A stretch of 64,000 nt of DNA from positions 151,331-215,330 of IMG/VR virus record IMGVR_UViG_3300044997_001199; one strand, 5' to 3'. Each line of letters starts with the position of its first letter. The first letter of the stretch is position 1. A program made the translations under genes and the position numbers. The notes under the pieces were generated by a model. The model was not told the DNA's origin, did not search any database, and worked only from the letters and a program-made list of their open reading frames with translations. Of the stretch, positions 55,463-64,000 are shown in pieces.

Positions 55463-56731
55463 ATGACCACTGCCACAAATACCACCAACAAAGACGATGC
55501 CAAGCGATTCGCCACCCTCATCGGGCCCACCGATTCCAGGGTCGATGCTCAGGCCCGTGAGAGCTTGGTCACTGCCCGGGTAGGCATGTTGCTGCGAGCC
55601 AGTTTCTTTGGCAATCTTGCCACACGCCTGCGCCTGATCAATGCTGATGAATGGTGCGCCACTGCTGCCACCGACGGTCGCAATTTTTACTACAACAGTC
55701 GTTTCATCATGATGCTGCGCCCGCGAGAGATTGAATTCTTAGTTGGGCATGAAGTGTTGCACTGCATCTATGATCACTTTGGGCGGCGCAACGATCGCGA
55801 CCCGCAACTGTGGGGTATTGCCTGTGACTATTGTGTCAATGCTGATCTCAAAAAGCACCGTGTGGGTGAATTCATTACTTCGGTACCCTGTCTGTACGAC
55901 AGCAAGTACGAAGACATGAGTTCCGAAGAAATCTATGATCAACTCTACAAAAATGCCAACAAGATCAACATCAACGATCTTATTGACTGCATGATCGACA
56001 AACACATGGACGGCAATGACAGTGATGACGAGCAGAATGGCAAGGCGCCCAGCACCTTGACTGCCGAAGAACGTGCCAAGATCCGTGACGAAATCAAAGA
56101 AGCCATGTTGGCTGCTGCTGCCACAACCGACGGCGCCGCCGGTAACCTGCCCGCTGGTGTGCGTCGCATAATCCAGCAAATAACCGAGCCGCGTCTGAAC
56201 TGGCGAGAAATGATCCGTATGAACATCGAAAGCACGGTCAAGAGTGACTTTACCTGGCTGCGATCCAACCGTCGTGGTTGGCACATGGACGCCGTGATGC
56301 CCGGCATGAAGAATGACGAAATGGTCGACGTGGTGATCATGATCGATGCGTCTGGTTCCATGAACAATGATACCTTGCGTGACTGCCTGGGAGAAGTCCA
56401 AAACATCATGGAGTCATTTCCGTCGTTCCGCATCCACATCGCTGCTTTTGATACCCAGGTATACAATCCGGTGGACTATACATCAGACAACCTTGACAAC
56501 ATCTGCGATTACGAAATCTCGGGCGGCGGCGGCACTGACTTTGATGTCATGTACGATTATCTGCGAAAAAATGATATCCAGCCCAAACGCATGATTGTGT
56601 TCACAGACGGCTATCCCTTTGGTTCGTGGGGCGACGAAAACTATTGCGATGTGACCTGGGTGCTGCATGGAACCACCAGCATTGTTCCGCCTTGGGGCTC
56701 CTATGCCTACTTCGAGGACGAGAAAAAGTAA
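55463..56731 (+). CDS. Metallopeptidase (HExxH) + VWA domain protein (DUF2201-like)
   Basis: TAATDG, HEVLH, DASGS MIDAS, GGGGTDF, FTDGY; TTGACC-N17-CACAAT upstream. Confidence 0.88.
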   Translation: MTTATNTTNKDDAKRFATLIGPTDSRVDAQARESLVTARVGMLLRASFFGNLATRLRLINADEWCATAATDGRNFYYNSRFIMMLRPREIEFLVGHEVLHCIYDHFGRRNDRDPQLWGIACDYCVNADLKKHRVGEFITSVPCLYDSKYEDMSSEEIYDQLYKNANKININDLIDCMIDKHMDGNDSDDEQNGKAPSTLTAEERAKIRDEIKEAMLAAAATTDGAAGNLPAGVRRIIQQITEPRLNWREMIRMNIESTVKSDFTWLRSNRRGWHMDAVMPGMKNDEMVDVVIMIDASGSMNNDTLRDCLGEVQNIMESFPSFRIHIAAFDTQVYNPVDYTSDNLDNICDYEISGGGGTDFDVMYDYLRKNDIQPKRMIVFTDGYPFGSWGDENYCDVTWVLHGTTSIVPPWGSYAYFEDEKK

Positions 56732-56770
56732 AAAAATATCAGCCTAGGTTGGTTGTGAGTAAATATTTTT

Positions 56771-56971
56771 ATGGAAAACACACAACTGACCGTGGCCGAT
56801 ATGGCCTCAATCAAAAATATCATCGAAGCAGCATGCACACGCGGTGCATTTCGTGCTGCCGAAATGAGCAACATCGGTGAAATCTACAACAAGGTGTCGG
56901 CATTTGTAGATCAAGCAATGTCACAGTTGCAGCAAGCTCAAGCACCGAAACAAGGAGATCAAAATGCTTAA
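56771..56971 (+). CDS. Hypothetical protein
   Basis: IIEAACTRGAFRAAEM..IG..YNK; TAAATA at 56760-56765. Confidence 0.65.
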   Translation: MENTQLTVADMASIKNIIEAACTRGAFRAAEMSNIGEIYNKVSAFVDQAMSQLQQAQAPKQGDQNA

Positions 56972-57689
56972 ACACATCGGACGCCACGGCGATCGCAAGG
57001 TCGCTATCGTGTTTCGTGAAATCCCAGGCGAAGATCATATGTGCCTGGTAATTTATCCCGAAGTATTGCCTAGTCATATTCATGATTGCATTATGAAAGT
57101 GTTGGAAAGCCCAGCCGCTCAAGCCGAAACTGTGCTGGCCAATGCGCTTCACAGAAATCTTCTGCCCGATGGTCGCGTGATACTGGAGGCATTGCACCGC
57201 GAAGGCATGCTGAAGAAAATAGCGGCCAATCAAGTGATCGTGACTCCCAATGCTACCAGCAGTGTCAAGCTGGACGAACTCAACCGACTGGTAAGGGAAA
57301 TGGAATCAGGGTCTGATGCTGCTCGCAGGCTAGCAGAACTCGACGCCAATGCTGGCATCGTGGATCCCAAGACCAAGCGCCGTGCCGAAGCCGAATTTAA
57401 ATCGAGACAGCAACAGTCCGCAGCCGTGACCGCAGATTCCAACTCGGCGCTGGATGACAAAACACTGGCAGCCAACATGCTGGCTCAGGCCAAGCGCATG
57501 GAGGTCGAAGCCAAAGGGCTCATTGCCGAGGCTGCTCGCATGAAAAAAGATGCCGAACGTATGTTCCCCGGAGTGAATGTCGATGGAGCCACAGTGGAAT
57601 CTGCTGCCACTGTAGAATCTGCTGCCACAGACACTGCACCCAAGGCACGTGGACGGAACAAAACGGTGACTTCAGATGTCGTTCAGTGA
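56964..57689 (+). CDS. Hypothetical protein
   Basis: AAGGAG SD, MLKHIGRH start, coiled-coil C-terminal half. Confidence 0.65.
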   Translation: MLKHIGRHGDRKVAIVFREIPGEDHMCLVIYPEVLPSHIHDCIMKVLESPAAQAETVLANALHRNLLPDGRVILEALHREGMLKKIAANQVIVTPNATSSVKLDELNRLVREMESGSDAARRLAELDANAGIVDPKTKRRAEAEFKSRQQQSAAVTADSNSALDDKTLAANMLAQAKRMEVEAKGLIAEAARMKKDAERMFPGVNVDGATVESAATVESAATDTAPKARGRNKTVTSDVVQ

Positions 57690-57978
57690 TGAGTTTTTGA
57701 ACAAGTGGGAACACATCATCAATGGTGTAGATGTCACTGAGGTTCCACTCGAATGCATCAAAAAAATTGTTATCGGGTTGCAGGGCGGTAGACGTCGCAC
57801 AGTGAATCTGCAACGGTTACGTGCACGAGGGCTGGACTATGATGCCATCGAAACTGTGCTGGAGCGCACCTTGTCTGAGCTGGGCGAGGACGTGCGAGGC
57901 ACGGAGTTCATAGTAGATGTGGAAGCAGTGGCTACCATTGTGCAGATCGAAACAGACAAAATTCTCAACGGTCTATGA
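57676..57978 (+). CDS. Hypothetical protein
   Basis: 100 aa, coupled to thyX. Confidence 0.6.
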   Translation: MSFSDEFLNKWEHIINGVDVTEVPLECIKKIVIGLQGGRRRTVNLQRLRARGLDYDAIETVLERTLSELGEDVRGTEFIVDVEAVATIVQIETDKILNGL

Positions 57979-58646
57979 AAGTTAAACTGATCAGTTTTTC
58001 GCAACCCGATGCAGAATTCGCTTTGCAGGGTATCACGGATGCGCAAGAACTCATTGCCTTCTGTGCTCGAGTATCCAATCCTGCCAATCAGTTCAATACC
58101 GACACCAGTCAACGGTTGATTCGCTACCTGATAGATCACAAGCATTGGTCTCCCCTGGAAATGGTATCTGCTTGTCTGGAGATTACCACCACTCGAGACA
58201 TTGCGCGGCAAATCTTGCGACATCGTAGTTTTAGTTTTCAGGAGTTCAGCCAACGCTATGCAGATCCCACGCAAGATCTACAGTTTGAAATTCGCGAAGC
58301 TCGGCTACAGGATGCCACCAATCGTCAGAATTCCATAGAAACCTCCAACCATCTGTTGCAAGAAAACTGGGCCTTGCATCAGCAAGAAATCATTGATCTT
58401 GCTCTTGAAAAATATCAATGGGCTGTGCGTTCGGGCATCGCCAAGGAACAAGCACGTGCTGTGTTGCCCGAAGGACTCACTGTGAGCCGATTGTACATGA
58501 ACGGAACGCTGAGATCGTGGATACATTTTATTGAACTGCGATCGGGACATGGCACACAGAAAGAACATCAGGCCGTGGCTCTGGCCTGTGCCGATGTGAT
58601 ATCGTCGATATTTCCAATGACAAAAGATTTTGTCTTTGTATCGTGA
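57975..58646 (+). CDS. thyX: FAD-dependent thymidylate synthase
   Basis: HWSPLE, QILRHRSFSFQEFSQRY, EQARAVLP, TQKEH. Confidence 0.95.
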   Translation: MKVKLISFSQPDAEFALQGITDAQELIAFCARVSNPANQFNTDTSQRLIRYLIDHKHWSPLEMVSACLEITTTRDIARQILRHRSFSFQEFSQRYADPTQDLQFEIREARLQDATNRQNSIETSNHLLQENWALHQQEIIDLALEKYQWAVRSGIAKEQARAVLPEGLTVSRLYMNGTLRSWIHFIELRSGHGTQKEHQAVALACADVISSIFPMTKDFVFVS

Positions 58647-58653
58647 GATCATT

Positions 58654-58809
58654 GTGTCTGTAGAACAACTCAAAGCTGCGCTGGCAAAAAAACAACAAAA
58701 ACAGAACCCCCGCGGTTCCAGGTCTGACTCTCTTGATTCTGCTTCTGCTCCGCGCAGTCAAGTGTCAGTGAAGAAACCCTCCAAGAAATCCGCCGGCCGC
58801 GGACGATGA
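58654..58809 (+). CDS. 51-aa basic protein
   Basis: GTG start; MSVEQLKAALAKKQQK...KKPSKKSAGRGR; stop overlaps the next ATG. Confidence 0.55.
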   Translation: MSVEQLKAALAKKQQKQNPRGSRSDSLDSASAPRSQVSVKKPSKKSAGRGR

Positions 58810-59771
58810 ATGTTCTAGTCACCGGCGGCCTGGGATTCATCGGGCACCAGGTAGTAAAGCGCCTCATGCGTCGAGGTGATGACACCGTGATCATGGACAC
58901 GCAAACTGATTATGGTATCATACCCCACAGCGAACTGCAATATCTCATGGGCGAAAGATTGAAAAAAATCAACAACCATCCAGTGATTCACGCAGACATC
59001 TCTGCTGGGGGCCCAGTTGACTACGCCATTGCTCGTGATCAGCCTGAAGTCATAATACATTGCGCCAGCGTTCCAAGGCAAAAAGTAGTCAACGCCAACC
59101 CTGTCTGGGGTGCAGATGTCATGATACGGGGTTTGATCAATCTTCTTGAGAGTGCCAAAAAACATCAAGTACGCAGATTTGTGTACGTGAGTTCTAGCAT
59201 GGTTTATGGTGACTTTAAAGATCAGGTTACCGAGGAGTCTCCTTGTAACCCACAAGGCCAATATGGCATCATGAAACTTGCTGGCGAATGGTTGGTCAAA
59301 GACTATGCTTGTCGTTACGGCTTTGAATATGTTATCATTCGTCCCAGTGCGGTGTACGGTCCTTTGGATGTAGAAGATCGAGTTGTAGCCAAATTCATGA
59401 TTGCAGCCATGCATAATGGAACACTCAAGGTCAATGGTGCCGAAGAAACTTTAGATTTTACCTATGTTGATGATGCAGCCGATGGTATTGTGGCGTCTGC
59501 AACGTTACCACAGGCTGCTAATAATACTTTCAATATCACAAAAAGCCATGGTGTTACTTTACGTCGAGCAGCCATGATGATTGTAAGTATTGTAGGTTCT
59601 GGCAATGTTGAATGTCGAGATCGAGATCTCGACTTCCCTAGTAGAGGTGCATTAAATATAGACAAAGCTCGTGACCTCCTGGGTTATAATCCTAAAATTG
59701 ATGTTGAAGAAGGATTTCAGAATTATTACAAGTGGTTGAGAGAGTCAACATATTGGAATGTGCATGATTAA
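58806..59771 (+). CDS. NAD-dependent nucleotide-sugar epimerase/dehydratase
   Basis: VTGGLGFIG, SSSMVYG, YGIMK, DFTYVDD. Confidence 0.92.
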   Translation: MNVLVTGGLGFIGHQVVKRLMRRGDDTVIMDTQTDYGIIPHSELQYLMGERLKKINNHPVIHADISAGGPVDYAIARDQPEVIIHCASVPRQKVVNANPVWGADVMIRGLINLLESAKKHQVRRFVYVSSSMVYGDFKDQVTEESPCNPQGQYGIMKLAGEWLVKDYACRYGFEYVIIRPSAVYGPLDVEDRVVAKFMIAAMHNGTLKVNGAEETLDFTYVDDAADGIVASATLPQAANNTFNITKSHGVTLRRAAMMIVSIVGSGNVECRDRDLDFPSRGALNIDKARDLLGYNPKIDVEEGFQNYYKWLRESTYWNVHD

Positions 59772-59874
59772 CTCAAATTTTGGATTTACTCCACTAAAAG
59801 AAGTTTGGTTAGGAGATTGTTATCCTGAATCTTTTTACAACCATCTGCCAAACAAATCTGTTAGTGCATGCTGA
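59764..59874 (+). pseudogene. N-terminal remnant of an amidinotransferase-like gene
   Basis: MINSNFGFTPLKEVWLGDCYPESFY resembles the amidinotransferase N-terminal PL.EV..G pattern; stops after 36 aa. Confidence 0.45.
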
Positions 59875-60535
59875 CCCCGGTGCACGTAGTGGATTCATTG
59901 CCGCATGGTTAACCAATCAGTTGACTGATTCAACAGTTGATGTTAGTAAGAAGTTGAATCCAATCTTTTGTAAAATACACAAACTGGATGATGTTAATAT
60001 TGTTAAAAACTTTTTAGGTACAAAAATAAGAATTCGTCCCGAGATAGAATCCATTGATCTACATTCGCTTTTATTTTTAAGAAAAAATGTTTACTCACAA
60101 ATTCCAAATTTTACTCGCGACGAGTATTCGCTAGAAACTTTTACAAAAATAGCATGCTTTGCTCGAGAGATATCTGAATGGGACCAGGTTCTGGACAACA
60201 ATTTATATGATTTTGTATTAAACTTTAGTGATACGTTTAATAACGACCTTATGATTGAATTATATAAAAAAGTTATAGGCATTGACCCATCTAGTTCTAT
60301 GATTGTTAATTTGATTGAAACTAACAAAATAAACAACATATCTATAAACCACAATCATGCTTGTTCAATTTTAAAATTATGTCTTTCTCAAGAAAACAAA
60401 TTAAATCTTAAAGAACAAAATAGATTCTGGAGCATAGTAGATGTATATGCTAGAACATCAGTTGATAAACTTTATGAAACAGTTTATGATTCTATCAAGC
60501 TAGAAAATTACGATCCATTGGCATGCAAGGTTTAA
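59864..60535 (+). CDS. Hypothetical AT-rich protein, sulfotransferase-like N-terminus, 5' end possibly clipped
   Basis: HADPGARSGFIAAWL; GTG start without a clear SD. Confidence 0.5.
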   Translation: MHADPGARSGFIAAWLTNQLTDSTVDVSKKLNPIFCKIHKLDDVNIVKNFLGTKIRIRPEIESIDLHSLLFLRKNVYSQIPNFTRDEYSLETFTKIACFAREISEWDQVLDNNLYDFVLNFSDTFNNDLMIELYKKVIGIDPSSSMIVNLIETNKINNISINHNHACSILKLCLSQENKLNLKEQNRFWSIVDVYARTSVDKLYETVYDSIKLENYDPLACKV

Positions 60536-61626
60536 CGATCCCATTTACCGGTCTTCGACGACAATATAATAGCCTTCGTCAGGAGATATTAGATGCCACC
60601 GACGAAGTTCTTCGTAGTGGCATACTCATGAATGGCAATAACACTGCCGAGTTTGAGCATTGGCTGAAAAAGAAAAACAATGTAAGTTATGCTGTGACCT
60701 GTCACAGTGGAACCGTGGCTTTAGAAATTATTGCAAGATATCATTACCAACAACAATTACCAAAACCACCAACTGTATTAATTCCCAGTATGACTTATGT
60801 GGCCACCGCCAATGCATTTGCCAATGCAGGTTGGGATATTCAATTTATTGATGTTGATTCTTATGGCATCCTTGATTACAAACAAATTCCCGAATTTCTC
60901 ATTTACCAAGCCGTGGTAATTATCGGGATGTATGGTGCCAGTGTTACACATTTTGGTAATACAAAATTTTGGACCCAGCGAGAAAAACAAGGAACCATTG
61001 TTATTGAAGATGCCGCACAACATTGGTTGGCTGCTGATTGTCAGAGAATTGGAAATGCAGCAGCCATTAGTTTTGATCCAATGAAGAATTTAGCCTGTTA
61101 CGGGAATGGCGGCGCGGTTTTAACCAACGATCGAAATCTCTACGAATTTGCTGTTAGTTGGAGAGATAACGGAAAGTTGTCACAGCACTTGTATAACGGA
61201 TCAAATGTCAGAATGAGTGAGTTAGATTGTGCACACATGTTGGTCAAAACAAATCATGTCAGCAAATGGCAATCTCGAAGAGAAAATATTGCAAATTTTT
61301 GGATGGAATCTCTTAAAGATTTCCCTGTTCGTTGTCTAACTGACAGGAGTAATGCTCATGATCATGCTTACCACAAGTTTGTTATTGACATTGATCAACG
61401 CGATCAAATCAAAAAAGAACTTGCTAATCGTAAAATTGAAACTCGGGTACATTATGAACGACCTTTACACGAACTTGATGGTGTGTTTAGACAATACCCC
61501 GGTCCGGGGTTGTTAGCTACATCTAGCTCGCTGAGTCGCAGAGTACTGAGTTTGCCGATCTATCCCGAACTCACTGATCTTGAAGTGGAATATATCATTG
61601 ATCGGGTACGAGATTGCGCTTCATGA
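60523..61626 (+). CDS. DegT/DnrJ/EryC1/StrS PLP sugar aminotransferase
   Basis: SGTVAL, TYVATANA, IEDAAQ, SFDPMKNL..GNGG, LSLPIYP. Confidence 0.92.
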   Translation: MQGLTIPFTGLRRQYNSLRQEILDATDEVLRSGILMNGNNTAEFEHWLKKKNNVSYAVTCHSGTVALEIIARYHYQQQLPKPPTVLIPSMTYVATANAFANAGWDIQFIDVDSYGILDYKQIPEFLIYQAVVIIGMYGASVTHFGNTKFWTQREKQGTIVIEDAAQHWLAADCQRIGNAAAISFDPMKNLACYGNGGAVLTNDRNLYEFAVSWRDNGKLSQHLYNGSNVRMSELDCAHMLVKTNHVSKWQSRRENIANFWMESLKDFPVRCLTDRSNAHDHAYHKFVIDIDQRDQIKKELANRKIETRVHYERPLHELDGVFRQYPGPGLLATSSSLSRRVLSLPIYPELTDLEVEYIIDRVRDCAS

Positions 61627-64000
61627 AAGCATAGCTGGCCAACCATTTCCATTCGTAGCTAAGGCGCAGTTTTTCCATGTCGCCCGCCGCTGATTCATAA
61701 TATTCCACGGCATCTTCGGCGCCCCACTGGCTCCAGTCGCCATTTCTTGCCGTGCTGGGACTCAGCCACTTTTCTAGACGGTACTCATTTTCTACATCGG
61801 GCAAGCTGTCTCGCAGTTTTATTACCTCTCTGAAGGCCGTACGCCAGGCCATCCAGGGCGTGTCAGCATACAAGGCCGTGCCGCTTAGTACAGGCACTAC
61901 CTCGTGGGCATCATCCAATGTAAAGTCCAGTCCGCACCCAGAGTTAGCCAGCACCAATTTCTTGTTGTAAGCAATCATGGCCTGGTGCCCATATTCAAGA
62001 CCGTTGACAGGATTAAGGGCATGGAAAATATAGTGCTTGACCTGTTGCATGCGGTCCGGTTGCCAGTCCCAGTCAAACTGGCTGTGCACAAATAGCTTGG
62101 CAAATACTGCAAAGAACCAAGGAGTGGTGCTGGCTTCGGCCGCAGCGTGATAGGCCGCAACGCGACCGTTGATGCCGTCTATCCTATGCACACGGTTTGG
62201 ACGCCGCAATGTTGACTTTTCCAGTGCTTCAAGGGCCCCTGCTGCAGTGGACTCGCCGTTGGAGATGAACACAATGTCCAGAGGCCGAGCATTGAATCGA
62301 TTCTTGTGTGTTTTATCGATATAAGGATAGTCATAGAGCTGTGTGCGTATGTGAGGTATGGATGATTTTGGTACCAATACTGTGTTGGCCCCTGCACTCA
62401 ATGGCACGATCGTGCGCGAACGTTCGTCCCACATGCTGACAGTGGGAGCCAACAGACAATCAACAGAGCGATCGGTAAAAATCGCCAATGGTTCGGTGCG
62501 ATCATACTGCAGTACCGCATCCACATGGCTGTCCTCGTCATGCTCGACCACGGGCAAAGGCCAACGTGGTACCATTTGATCCTGACAGAAATTCACAGTT
62601 TCAAAGCAGTCAAGGCGGTCAATGTGATCGAGCTGAGTCTTTAACTGTTGTACCGGTACGTAAAACGTATCCCCAAATCGTTGTTCGTTGGAGGGGAAAA
62701 CATGCAACATGTCTTGTTGCCAGGCTTCGGGCTGCCAACTGAAGTCAAATCGAGTGTAATCACAAAGTCCGCTGACCACCCAGACATACTCGCAGTGGCA
62801 CTGCGAGACAATTCTTGACAAAGTATCAAGATAATTATCAAAATACCTCACCGAACGCACCACTCGATAGTGTTGTGCAAGATAATCCAGTGTGACAGTG
62901 TTGCCGTGATCGACCACATAGATATCCGTGGCGTCTGCTGGCGATCTCACCTGTTGGTCCGACACAAAGTTGAGATTGGAGAATTCTTCGATACCCGAGG
63001 CCCAACGACTGTGGCGTTCGAACTCCCGGCGATTGATCAGAAAAGTATCCGACCATTTGTTCCACTGAGTGCCAAAAACATGAGTCATCGAAGACTGCCA
63101 GGTCTGTGCATGCCAGGCAAAATCAAAATCAGCGTAGTCGTTACGACTGCTAATCACCCAGAATTTTGACCCTTTGCACCGTGCTACACAGCGTTTAATG
63201 GTGTCAAGCGTGGAATTGACATATCGAACCCGTTGTATGTGCGGATATCGCTGCTGTAGAGCATCAAATCTTGTGTCGCTGGATGCATTGCTGTGATCTA
63301 GATAGAAAATTTCCAGCACCGTGACCACGGACTGGGTCATACTCACACGCGGAACCTCACCGGCGAACTTTAATTCTGTGGCACCGGGCACGGCGTAGAT
63401 CAGACCCACGGTTCGCTGGTAATCAGTTCCAAAATGATAGACATATGGAGGTGACCCAGGATCTGGACACCAAGAAAAGTCAATGTTATCGACCTCTAAT
63501 TCCTCAGGCACTGTCCAACAGTCAAGAGTTTTTAGTAATTTGGCTCGAGGATACTCCATGAATTTGCGTTCAGTCGCACCAGTAACATGATATTCGATGG
63601 TTGGCATGATTTCTGCAGCGTGCCACTGATTACCAAACACATAGACATAGGGCGGGTCGCCAGGGTCCGGGAACCAGGAACGATCGAATTCAAATTTTCG
63701 ATCACACAAGTCGACCCAACAATCGCAGTTGATCGGTAATATTGCCCGAGGTTCTTCCATGAATTTGCGTTCAGTCGCACCAGGAACATGATATTCGACG
63801 GTTGGCATGACTTCCGCTGACCACCACTGATTACCAAACACATAGATATAGGGCGGGTCGCCAGGGTCCGGGCACCAGGAACGATCGAATTCAAATTTTC
63901 GATCACACAAGTCGACCCAACAATCGCAGTTGATCGGTAATATTGCCCGAGGTTCTTCCATGAATTTGCGTTCAGTCGCACCAGGAACATGATATTCGAC
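61595..64000 (-). CDS. Large repeat-containing glycosyltransferase-like protein (5' end outside window)
   Basis: Open frame; repeated F.F.W.P..W....HVF modules; DIVFISNGE, GINGR.AAYHAAA, WRTAFRE.IKL. Confidence 0.65.
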   Translation of the reverse strand, partial: VEYHVPGATERKFMEEPRAILPINCDCWVDLCDRKFEFDRSWCPDPGDPPYIYVFGNQWWSAEVMPTVEYHVPGATERKFMEEPRAILPINCDCWVDLCDRKFEFDRSWFPDPGDPPYVYVFGNQWHAAEIMPTIEYHVTGATERKFMEYPRAKLLKTLDCWTVPEELEVDNIDFSWCPDPGSPPYVYHFGTDYQRTVGLIYAVPGATELKFAGEVPRVSMTQSVVTVLEIFYLDHSNASSDTRFDALQQRYPHIQRVRYVNSTLDTIKRCVARCKGSKFWVISSRNDYADFDFAWHAQTWQSSMTHVFGTQWNKWSDTFLINRREFERHSRWASGIEEFSNLNFVSDQQVRSPADATDIYVVDHGNTVTLDYLAQHYRVVRSVRYFDNYLDTLSRIVSQCHCEYVWVVSGLCDYTRFDFSWQPEAWQQDMLHVFPSNEQRFGDTFYVPVQQLKTQLDHIDRLDCFETVNFCQDQMVPRWPLPVVEHDEDSHVDAVLQYDRTEPLAIFTDRSVDCLLAPTVSMWDERSRTIVPLSAGANTVLVPKSSIPHIRTQLYDYPYIDKTHKNRFNARPLDIVFISNGESTAAGALEALEKSTLRRPNRVHRIDGINGRVAAYHAAAEASTTPWFFAVFAKLFVHSQFDWDWQPDRMQQVKHYIFHALNPVNGLEYGHQAMIAYNKKLVLANSGCGLDFTLDDAHEVVPVLSGTALYADTPWMAWRTAFREVIKLRDSLPDVENEYRLEKWLSPSTARNGDWSQWGAEDAVEYYESAAGDMEKLRLSYEWKWLASYAFMKRNLVPDQ
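63555..64000. repeat. 201-bp in-frame tandem repeat (67 aa), at least 2.2 copies
   Basis: TCCATGAATTTGCGTTCAGTCGCACCAG recurs at 63555, 63756 and 63957. Confidence 0.92.

Noticed and set aside
57587-57630. Short ATVESA repeat
   Set aside because: Two imperfect 18-bp units in a low-complexity tail; unremarkable
63555-64000. Diversity-generating retroelement TR/VR pair
   Set aside because: Repeats are tandem and in-frame, differences are not confined to adenines, and no reverse transcriptase is visible

Overview
A 64-kb piece of a large, T4-like (myovirus-type) phage genome, probably infecting a betaproteobacterium (inferred from the IscU, PqqA, DUF3579 and omega sequences). It has T4-like replication genes (ligase, gp41-like helicase, primase, gp62-like clamp loader subunit, UvsW, NrdAB/glutaredoxin, ThyX) and virion genes (PAAR, beta-helix tail protein, fibres). 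Intergenic TAAATA late-promoter motifs and TTGACC-N17-TAaAAT early promoters recur. It also carries a tRNA cluster, long glycan-modification blocks and many host-machine components: DnaK, bS21, ClpX, IscU/IscA and RNA polymerase omega. The most notable items are: (1) a stand-alone pqqA transcription unit, below the ORF-track cutoff; (2) a ROSE-like RNA thermometer over the dnaK ribosome-binding site; (3) a Pol-beta nucleotidyltransferase fused to an RNA-ligase-like domain, in a block of possibly capsid-packaged proteins; (4) a 192-aa minimal DnaE that keeps all three catalytic aspartates; (5) an AT-rich tRNA island bounded by 65-bp direct repeats that leaves a chimeric tRNA; and (6) several recombination scars. 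All calls come from motif recognition by eye; no searches were run.
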